The position numbers and the translations under genes are program-made. From positions 1 to 64,000 of the forward strand of contig CAXXSM010000122.1 in the NCBI GenBank assembly GCA_963663405.2: 64,000 nucleotides of DNA, in the 5' to 3' direction. The number at the start of each line of letters is the position of its first letter. Position 1 is the first letter of the stretch. The notes beneath the pieces are model-generated. The model ran no database searches. It worked only from the letters and a program-made list of their open reading frames with translations, and was not told where the DNA came from. Below are positions 39,778-47,982 of this stretch, in pieces. The DNA is from a bacterium (GTDB lineage Bacteria; Hinthialibacterota; Hinthialibacteria; Hinthialibacterales; Hinthialibacteraceae).

Positions 39778-41952
39778 TTGAATAAGGATAAGAAATGCAT
39801 ATACAGTATATTACTAATTGTGTGTGGATTGACGCTTCCGCTGAACTCACATGGCGAGAAGCCGGAATCTTGTTTATTCGTCGTGTGCGCCGATGCGGGG
39901 AATGATCTGTATCGTGTTTTGGTCTCCAATGGCATAAAGGTTCAACGTTTGGAAAAACCGGAAGAGGCCGCGCAAACGGCGTCCAATGGAAAGGGGATTC
40001 TTATCCTGGCGGACCAGTATCCAAATTTTCCAACTGAGATTGAACCGGCTTTTTGGCAGCAGGCGAATGAAAAGAATCTGCGTGTGTTCATTGAATTTCC
40101 CCAATCCATTCCTGGAATCAAAGCAGGGAAACCCCGCCGGACTGATTTGGAAAGAGCAGTTGTCATCTCGGATGCGTTTGGAGATGATTTAAAGCCAAAC
40201 CGGATCGTGGCGATTCATGATTGCCATTTTATCCCGATTCAAGCGTCTTCATCCTATATAGTTCTTGCAAAAGTGGCCGGATTTGACACAGCGGTTTTTG
40301 GACTTGATGATGTGACATCTTATCCCTTGCTTTTTGAATATAAAGAAAAGCGAATTCTTGTGTCTACGGCCAAACTGAGCCAATTCGTGACGGGCCGGTA
40401 CGCTCCAAAGAAAGCGTGGCAGGCGATTTGGAAGATGATTTTACAATGGCTGCAACCGGAGATTCCCATTCCCGTTTTGGAATGGACTCCCACTGTTCGC
40501 CCGTCATATACGCGTAATGAACCGCTTCCACCGGACGCCGCCAAGCGCGCAGTGATTCGCGGAGTGGATTGGCACACGAACGCAAAGATGTTGATCCACG
40601 AGTCGTGGAAATCGAAGTATAACTCCTACCGGGAAACCGGCGTTGTCGATCCTGCGAATCCGGTTGGGCCTTTGCCGGATCCAACATGGCCCGCTGGAGA
40701 CGGCGCGTATGGTGTGCTTGAAGGATTTAGTTCGCGAATTCGATATAACGGAACGCAAGGCGTTCGATGGTGGCTTCGCTCGGACTCCAATGGTGAGAGT
40801 TCTCTTGCTTTCGCGCTCCGATCGAAATTAGACGGCGATCCGCGAAGCCGCCGGATCGCGATGAATTTATTGGATTGGGTTTATTTCCATTCGGGATTGT
40901 TTCAGGACGATCCAGAGAAGGCCAATTGGGGATTGGTACGTTGGGCGTGGGACAGCGGCTCCTTGTATGGCGATAATGATGTGAAAATTATTTTAGGCTG
41001 TATAGGAACATCCTCGATATTGGAGACCTCTCGCTGGGATGCGCCTCTATTGAAAAATATTCTAGCGAATTATCGTACTACAGGCGTATATGGTTTCCGT
41101 GGCGCGGCGTTGAATACTGATGAATTATTGAATCTCGGTTGGAAACACTATTGGGAACGTCCTACGATCCACTATGCGCCGCATTATCAGGCCTGGATTT
41201 GGGCTGTGTATCTTTGGTTGTATGACAAAACTGGATACGAGCCGCTGCTCACACGCACACGATCGGCGATCCGGATGATGATGGAAGCGTATCCCGATCA
41301 ATGGCAGTGGACGAATGGGATTCAACAGGAACGGGGGAGGATGTTGCTTACCTTGGCATGGTTGATCCGTGTGGATGATCGACCCGAACATCGCGCATGG
41401 TTGAAACAAATGGCAGAGGATATGCGGCAATGTCAGGATTCATGTGGCGCCATCCGTGAAGAACTTGGGAACTTGAAAAATGGAGGATACCGGCCTCCTC
41501 AATCCAACGCGGAATATGGAGAGAATGAAGCTTCGTTAATCCAAGAAAATGGAGATCCTGTGGCGGATCTATTGTATACATGCAATTTTTCTTTTTTAGG
41601 TTTACACGAAGCGTACGCCGCTACGGGTGATATACAGTATCAAACAATGGAGGATCGACTGGCCGCGTTTCTCGTTCGGATTCAAGCGCAAAGCGCCGCT
41701 CATCCCGAATTGGATGGAGGATGGTTCCGCGCTTTCGATTATGAACGGTGGGAGTATTGGGGTTCCAACGCAGACGCCGGATGGGGCGCGTGGTCGATTG
41801 AAACCGGCTGGACGCAAGCATGGATTCCGACGGTTCTGGCGTTACGGGAACTTGGTTTGAATCTATGGGATGTAAGCCGGAACAGCCGTATCGCAGACCA
41901 TTGGGATGTATATCAGTCTCGTATGTTGGGTGATGTTGAGTATATCAAATAG
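39778..41952 (+). CDS. Large exported hypothetical protein, Trp-rich; possibly an (alpha/alpha)-barrel enzyme
   Basis: 724-aa ORF with signal-like N-terminus; no family recognised with confidence. Confidence 0.65.
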   Translation: MNKDKKCIYSILLIVCGLTLPLNSHGEKPESCLFVVCADAGNDLYRVLVSNGIKVQRLEKPEEAAQTASNGKGILILADQYPNFPTEIEPAFWQQANEKNLRVFIEFPQSIPGIKAGKPRRTDLERAVVISDAFGDDLKPNRIVAIHDCHFIPIQASSSYIVLAKVAGFDTAVFGLDDVTSYPLLFEYKEKRILVSTAKLSQFVTGRYAPKKAWQAIWKMILQWLQPEIPIPVLEWTPTVRPSYTRNEPLPPDAAKRAVIRGVDWHTNAKMLIHESWKSKYNSYRETGVVDPANPVGPLPDPTWPAGDGAYGVLEGFSSRIRYNGTQGVRWWLRSDSNGESSLAFALRSKLDGDPRSRRIAMNLLDWVYFHSGLFQDDPEKANWGLVRWAWDSGSLYGDNDVKIILGCIGTSSILETSRWDAPLLKNILANYRTTGVYGFRGAALNTDELLNLGWKHYWERPTIHYAPHYQAWIWAVYLWLYDKTGYEPLLTRTRSAIRMMMEAYPDQWQWTNGIQQERGRMLLTLAWLIRVDDRPEHRAWLKQMAEDMRQCQDSCGAIREELGNLKNGGYRPPQSNAEYGENEASLIQENGDPVADLLYTCNFSFLGLHEAYAATGDIQYQTMEDRLAAFLVRIQAQSAAHPELDGGWFRAFDYERWEYWGSNADAGWGAWSIETGWTQAWIPTVLALRELGLNLWDVSRNSRIADHWDVYQSRMLGDVEYIK

Positions 41953-42036
41953 TCACTGTATCCACGGGATTTTTTTTAGACGGAATATCCGCATTCCATA
42001 GTAATGAAGAAAACAGAAGGTAGTGTGAGAGGAGAT

Positions 42037-43999
42037 ATGATGAGTCTTACAAGGAGAAAGTTTACTGCTATTTCCAGCGCTGTGGGGGCTGGTGTGGTGT
42101 TGGGAGCGGTTCCGGGTGAATGTGAGAATGATAAGGAGGGGACAGAGGGCAGTGTAAAGGCTGGGCGGCCGAATATTTTGTGGATTGTCGCGGAGGATAT
42201 TTCCCCTTTGTTAGGCTGCTATGGTGATCCTGACGCGGCGACTCCTCACTTTGACCGGTACGCGAAAGATTCGTATCTATTCAAACGCGCGTATTCAACG
42301 GCTCCCATTTGCGCGCCTTCACGATCCTGCCTGGCTACCGGGATGTATGCAATCTCTTTGGGAACGCAGAACCTGCGCTCAGAAGTTGAGATTCCAGATC
42401 GAATCGAACCACTCGCAAAATTGCTGCGAGATCATGGATATTGGACGGCTTTACGCGGCAAGACGGATTATAACTTTGATCCGAAAGGATTGTTTGACTA
42501 TTGGAAAGATGACACGGCGCTTTGGCGGCCGTGCCCGGAAGGAAAGCCATTTTTTGCTTTTATGAATTTAGGTTCCACGCATGAGGGATCGGGCAACCAC
42601 GCATCACGCGCGGAACAAGCGCTCAAGCGGCTGCCCGCGGATCTCAAACACGATCCAGACACCATTACTTTGCCCCCGTATTTTCCAGACACGCCGGAGA
42701 TGCGGCGGCTTTGGGCCCGGTACTATGATTTAATTACCGTCTACGATCGCGATGTGAATGAGGTTTTAGAACAGCTGGCCGCTGATGGACGCGCCGATGA
42801 TACCATCGTGTTTCTAATGGCCGATCATGGAATGGGATTGCCCCGTTATAAACGCTGGTTGTATCTGACTGGTTTGCATGTGCCGTTGATTATTCATGCG
42901 CCCAAAAAGTTTCAGCATTTAATTCATGAAGAGCCGGAGCGATTGGTACGGAATGAACTGGTTTCTTATGTTGATCTGCCGCCGACTGTATTGCAGATGG
43001 CGGGGATTCCGATCCCTGATCGGTTTCAAGGGCGTCCTATATTCGGCTCAGATCAACGAAAATATGTCTTCGGCGCGCGTGACCGGGCTGATGATATGTA
43101 TGATCTGAGCCGCCTCGTGTTCGATGGACGCTATCTCTATATCCGCCATTACCTGCCTCATATAATCCCGATGCAGGAAGGGATTATCATGAGTCCCTAC
43201 ACCAAGGAATTTCACAAGGAATTGTATAGGGCGCATGAGGCGGGATTGGATACGGAGCAGTCGAAAAAGTTATGGAATCCACGGCCATTTGAGGAATTGT
43301 ACGATATTCAAGACGATCCAAAGGAACTGCATAACCTCGCGGATAAGGAAGAACTGAAAGTGGTAAAGGACGCGTTGGCCGCAAGGCTTAAAACATGGAT
43401 TCTTGAGACGCGGGACAGCGGTTTTTTTGACGGAGCCTGAGATGCACCGCCGGGCCAAGGAAGCGAACGCAACGCCATATGATATTCTACAGGACGCTTC
43501 ACTGTATCCGATTGAAGAGATTCTTGACGCGGCGGAAAAAGCGTCACGGCCAGACGCTGAATCGATCTCCATCGGCTCTGATCCAATGGTGACATACTGG
43601 GCGATTCAACAGCGGATCATTCGTAAGGACAAATCGGATGGCGCGGTTACGTTCCTGAGTAAACAACTCAAGAATCCGAATCCAACGGTTCGAACGGCAG
43701 CGGCGGAGGCTCTCGCCCGGATCGGCCATGAGGAATTGGCGATTCCCGTGTTTCGCGCGCTTCTGTTGGAAGAAGAGCCGAATCTTCTTTTGTATGTCGC
43801 GCGTTCGCTCGCGATTTCTTTTGATGATGTCAAACCATTGGAGGATGAGATCCGGCGAACGCGGGAACGGATGCTGGCCCCGCCCGGCTCTCCCCGGCCC
43901 TGGAAGGATTTCAACTATTGCGCGTTTACTACATGGGCTCTTGAATGGGCATTGATTAAATCTGGATTGAATAAGCCGGAAGATTTTGATTTGATATAG
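42037..43999 (+). CDS. Formylglycine-dependent sulfatase with Tat signal and C-terminal HEAT-like repeats; frameshift at poly-T near 43425
   Basis: TRRKF, RPNILWIVAED, CAPSR, ADHG and EELYD motifs; ORF 43403-43999 continues it (VRTAAAEAL). Confidence 0.85.
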
Positions 44000-44077
44000 G
44001 TAATAAAAAGGGCTGATCTAAGTGAGTACGGAAGGTTAAAAATATTCTCATTTCATGTGAGATTGCGTAATCATGTT

Positions 44078-44151
44078 CGCCCAGCCTTAAAAGGCTGGGC
44101 TAGTATCTAATGTCCCTCCGGGATAGAAAAAAGTAGCCCAGGGTTTCAATC
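44078..44151. repeat. REP-like cluster (GCCCAGCC..GGCTGGGC, TGTCCC..GGGATA, GTAGCCCAGGGTTTCAATC) cut by IS4 copy 2
   Basis: Matches 1491-1539 (reverse complement) and 17515-17557. Confidence 0.8.
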
Positions 44152-44216
44152 CTATCAATTATACACATATTTTTTAGATTTCGCTGACCTCAAACAGCGG
44201 AATTTTTTTTCTCCTC

Positions 44217-44246
44217 TTGTATAGCATATTATTTATATGCTATACT
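44217..44246 (+). promoter_or_regulatory. IS-internal sigma70-type promoter with overlapping palindrome; probably a leaderless transcript
   Basis: TTGTAT-N18-TATACT with extended TGn; GTATAGCATAT-N5-ATATGCTATAC palindrome; ATG 6 nt after the -10 box. Confidence 0.55.
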
Positions 44247-44252
44247 ACTAGC

Positions 44253-44603
44253 ATGACAAAATTATCGGCCTCAAAAATCGCTGCGTTGCGACGGGAACGA
44301 ACGAAATTGCTCAAGGAAATGGCCTCGCTTTCTGGGCTCTTGAAAGGCTCTTACCTTGAGCGGTTTTCCACTTGTTCCCGGTCCACTTGTTCATGCCATC
44401 AAGGCCAACGGCATGGGCCGCGAATCTATGTGGTCGTCACCCGGAACAAGACCCAACGGCAGGTGTATGTGCCCCAAACGCAAGTGGACGCGGTTCAAAA
44501 GGGCATTCAGAACTACCACCGTCTCCAAGAGATCGTGGACCGGATCACTGCCATCAATCTCGAACTCATGCAAGGGAGAGCGCTCGATGAGTCTAACTCA
44601 TGA
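44253..44603 (+). CDS. Small IS-associated DUF6788-like protein
   Basis: As copy 1; CSRSTCSCHQGQRHGP motif. Confidence 0.75.
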   Translation: MTKLSASKIAALRRERTKLLKEMASLSGLLKGSYLERFSTCSRSTCSCHQGQRHGPRIYVVVTRNKTQRQVYVPQTQVDAVQKGIQNYHRLQEIVDRITAINLELMQGRALDESNS

Positions 44604-46128
44604 GGAATTACTTCACTTGACCAAACAACACACCCACCTCGGACATGAAAAGCAGAATGACTGTGTCGCGCGGCAACTGGAAATGATATTGAATTCGCCC
44701 GGAACCTCTCTTCCTCAAGCCGCCGGCAAGGGGGAGAGTTCCATGGCCAACCTCGCTTCCTTTTACCGCTTCGCCAACAATGAAAAGATTCCGCTCGATT
44801 CCCTCCGGCAAATTCGAGCGCAGACGGTCCTGGACACCGTTCCGGACGGGGGCGATATCATGGTCGTCCATGATATGAGCCCGTTGGACTTCTCCACACA
44901 AAACGCCAAGATGGATCGGCGCCTGATCGGGAATCATCGGGGGATGGGATACGAGTACGTCTGTTGCGCGGCTCTTGATCCGCATTCGGCGGCCTTTCTT
45001 GGAGTGCTGCATGACACGGTGATCAATGAAAATGGCCCGGACGATACCGGGGTGATGAATTACGACTACGAGCGGCTCTTCGAAGGGGGCTCTCCGGACG
45101 AACAACAGGCGCTTCAAGAAAACCACCGCCACCAAATGGCGGTTCACGTCAATGGCCTCTCCTCGCTCTTACAAAACTACCACGTTATCCACGTCGCCGA
45201 TCGGGAATTCGATGATATCTTCGTCATAGATCAATGCCTGATGGCTCACACCGATTTCGTCATTCGCTCCATGGCGAACCGGAATGTGCAAGTCCCCCAC
45301 GCCGAGTGGATTCCTCCGGACGCTTTCACGAACCAACAGGCGGGACATGCTCTCCAACCCGGATGGGTCTGTGTGAATCTGGGACGATTCGTCGAGGCCG
45401 TCCCGCTGCAACCGTATAAGAATCTCCCGTTGGATAAGCGAGGGCGCGTCACGGATCCCGGCCACGCGGCGCGCACGGCCCATTTGTCCATCGGATCGTG
45501 GCCGCTCCGTCTCTACCGGCCCGCCAAACGCAACCACCGCTATTTCCAACTCCCGCATCCGATCCACCTCCACCTAGTCGTCATACGGGAGACCGATCCT
45601 CCCCTCGGAGTGGAACCTCTTCTTTGGGTGCTTTTTACCAGTTTGCCGGTTGCTACCTGGGAACAGTTGCGCTATATCGGGCGCCTGTATGAATTCCGCT
45701 GGAAGATTGAAGATTTCTTCAAATTGCTGAAGTCCGGGTATGGGATCGAAAAACATCGCTTTTGTAATGCCACGAAAACGGCGAAATTGCTCGTGCTACT
45801 GACCATGGCGGCGATGACACTTTTCCATCTGAAGGAGGAACTTGGGTTGCCGTCTGGAGGCTATCTCGATGAACAGGGATACCAAAAACTCAAACACGCT
45901 TCGCGAGACCTTCATAATCCCGATCTCGATCTCCGTTGGCGATTCCTTGCTTACATCGCCAAAGCCGGGGGATGGCTTGGACGGAGAAACGATCCTCTCG
46001 GCCCGACGATTCTCATGAGAGGACTCCTGCAGTTCCTGGCTGTTTTCGATATGCTTTCCCAGCATCAACCTTTAATCCACGAAGCCCTTGAACATCCCGA
46101 AATTCTTCGCATATTAATATGTGTATAA
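44587..46128 (+). CDS. IS4-family DDE transposase
   Basis: As copy 1; YREK motif. Confidence 0.92.
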   Translation: MSLTHEELLHLTKQHTHLGHEKQNDCVARQLEMILNSPGTSLPQAAGKGESSMANLASFYRFANNEKIPLDSLRQIRAQTVLDTVPDGGDIMVVHDMSPLDFSTQNAKMDRRLIGNHRGMGYEYVCCAALDPHSAAFLGVLHDTVINENGPDDTGVMNYDYERLFEGGSPDEQQALQENHRHQMAVHVNGLSSLLQNYHVIHVADREFDDIFVIDQCLMAHTDFVIRSMANRNVQVPHAEWIPPDAFTNQQAGHALQPGWVCVNLGRFVEAVPLQPYKNLPLDKRGRVTDPGHAARTAHLSIGSWPLRLYRPAKRNHRYFQLPHPIHLHLVVIRETDPPLGVEPLLWVLFTSLPVATWEQLRYIGRLYEFRWKIEDFFKLLKSGYGIEKHRFCNATKTAKLLVLLTMAAMTLFHLKEELGLPSGGYLDEQGYQKLKHASRDLHNPDLDLRWRFLAYIAKAGGWLGRRNDPLGPTILMRGLLQFLAVFDMLSQHQPLIHEALEHPEILRILICV

Positions 46129-46260
46129 TTGATAGCCTTTCAAGGCTGGGAGAGCAACCGCATTCTTCCATAAAAACAGATAAAAAGGCAAGGTTTTATT
46201 CTGCCCTTGCGATTTACCGCAATCATTACCAATCAACCAATCCACTAATCGGCGCCAACC

Positions 46261-46614
46261 CTATGCGCTATCCTCTTTCTCATACACCACCGTCACCGTC
46301 GTCCCGATTCCCCCACGCACGTTAAAGACGCCTTCCACCTGCATCCATTGTGGTTCGCACGCCTCGACAAGATCGTCAAGTATTTTATTCGTTACCATCT
46401 CATAAAAAATTCCTTCATTACGGTAGCTGTAAAAATAGTATTTCAGCGCCTTCAATTCCAAACATTTTTTATCCGGGATATACTCAATCCGGATCACACC
46501 AAAATCCGGATTCCCCGTCTTCGGGCAAACCGATGTAAATTCCGGGCACTCGATCGAAATCACATACTGCCGTCCCGGATACGCGTTCTCAAAGGTTTCA
46601 AGAATATCACTCAT
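46261..46614 (-). CDS. queF: NADPH-dependent 7-cyano-7-deazaguanine reductase (type I)
   Basis: PEFTSVCPKTGNPDF, ELKALKYY..SYRN.GI.YE and FNVRGGI motifs. Confidence 0.93.
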   Translation of the reverse strand: MSDILETFENAYPGRQYVISIECPEFTSVCPKTGNPDFGVIRIEYIPDKKCLELKALKYYFYSYRNEGIFYEMVTNKILDDLVEACEPQWMQVEGVFNVRGGIGTTVTVVYEKEDSA

Positions 46615-46632
46615 AATCAATTCCTTTCCTCT

Positions 46633-47751
46633 CTACTGAATCTCCAACAAATCAGCGGATCGCGCCGCCCGATCGGGCAGCGGGGGAAAATTTTCATTCA
46701 CGCCAATCTGATACCAATACGCCGTGCTGCACCAATCATCCGATCGTTCGAAAAGCCCTTGATTCCAGCCGATCTGCTGGCAAGTCAGTTTTTTCAATGA
46801 GCCAAACCGGATCGGATCCATCGTATGAAAACGGTACAGCGAAACGTACGTCGTATTCTCATCCACTTTCTCGTTCAGCGTACAGCCATGATACTGATTC
46901 TGATATTTCCCAAGTCCCCAGGCGGAACAGAAATAATCTTCCGTGCCCGTGCCGCAGAGAGTCGGGAAATCTTCATCATCATTTACGTAAAACTTAAATT
47001 CTCCTTCCCCCCACCAATAGGGCCCCAAGGTCCGTACGCCAATCATCGTCCCAATATACACCCCCGGCGCGTCGACATCGGATAAAATCACATAATCATC
47101 CTTCTCCACCGTAGGATTCTGCCGCCGCCACTGCGCGTGAAATCGGCCCGTATTGTCAGGAAGCGCGGGCAGCAATTCGTAATCAATCTGAAAATACACC
47201 GATCCGATCACGCTTTCGCTGTCATTCTCAACCGTGATTTTCGCCCCGGTTTCAAACGGCATGGGAAAATAACAATTCAATCCACGTCCTTCCGTCACAC
47301 AAACCAACGACGAATTAAGCGGCTTATTGACGCCATGCGCCTGCCCAAAGAAATCCAAAATTGGACATTCCACGCTTGGCGTATCCGAACCATCCCAATA
47401 CATCCGCAAAATCGCGTTCCGGTAATGTTCTTGATTCGGCCGGATCGTCATCCAGATATGCCGGATCACCCCGCAACCTTCAATATCCATCAACACCGCC
47501 GTCTTCCCCGCTTCAAGATTCCGGATGCAGGGAGATCCTTTCCGCCCCTCCAACGCCTGCCCGCCCTGACCGGGCAATCCCTCACGATTCTCCCAAGTAA
47601 TCGCGCGGGTTTCCCCTCCCGTAATCAACGGAAGCGCGCTGATCCCCCCAATATTCGGAGCGAATATAACCGCCCGCCGCTGCGTGAGTTCGCAACCATG
47701 TATGACGATCAACAACAAAGCGAAACCACTAACTAACAAAACTCGTTTCAT
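46633..47751 (-). CDS. DUF2961 / GH172-family lipoprotein
   Basis: MKRVLL...IHGC lipobox; G.G.IRHIWMT, LRMYWDG, NCYFPMPF, WWGEGE and GTGTEDYF motifs. Confidence 0.85.
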   Translation of the reverse strand: MKRVLLVSGFALLLIVIHGCELTQRRAVIFAPNIGGISALPLITGGETRAITWENREGLPGQGGQALEGRKGSPCIRNLEAGKTAVLMDIEGCGVIRHIWMTIRPNQEHYRNAILRMYWDGSDTPSVECPILDFFGQAHGVNKPLNSSLVCVTEGRGLNCYFPMPFETGAKITVENDSESVIGSVYFQIDYELLPALPDNTGRFHAQWRRQNPTVEKDDYVILSDVDAPGVYIGTMIGVRTLGPYWWGEGEFKFYVNDDEDFPTLCGTGTEDYFCSAWGLGKYQNQYHGCTLNEKVDENTTYVSLYRFHTMDPIRFGSLKKLTCQQIGWNQGLFERSDDWCSTAYWYQIGVNENFPPLPDRAARSADLLEIQ

Positions 47752-47982
47752 TCCTTCTACCCCCTTTAAGGATAATATCTCTCCATTCATAACGATTCTA
47801 TCGATCATACCTGACTTTTTCGCAAAGAACAGGGAATTCAAATGGCTCCACTCTCGATTCTTTTCTCCAAACCAACCACATCCGGCCATTCACGCCAAGC
47901 GTCTGAACGTGTTCAATATATTGTATATCTTACGGCTCCGACTCACGGTACCGGTACGAATTTTACTTTTTGGAATCCTTGC

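Larger units (their letters stand above)
44152..46135 (+). mobile_element. IS4-family (IS50-like) insertion sequence, 1984 bp; copy 2
   Basis: Same 20-bp TIRs and length as copy 1, with scattered substitutions. Confidence 0.93.

Noticed and set aside
44219-44245. GTATAGCATA... resembles part of loxP
   Set aside because: Only about 10 bp match, the 13-bp Cre arms are absent, and it is better explained as an IS promoter palindrome
44356-44586. 590-aa transposase with a TTG start as in the ORF track (also 17080-17310)
   Set aside because: The extension overlaps the DUF6788-like ORF in another frame; ATG 44587 with upstream GGGAGAG is the more plausible start
15531-46135. Composite transposon formed by the two IS4 copies
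   Set aside because: Outer flanks (GATTGAAATC versus CCTTTCAAGG) are not a target duplication
46615-46640. preQ1 riboswitch upstream of queF
   Set aside because: The leader is only about 18 bp after the upstream gene, with no preQ1 motif
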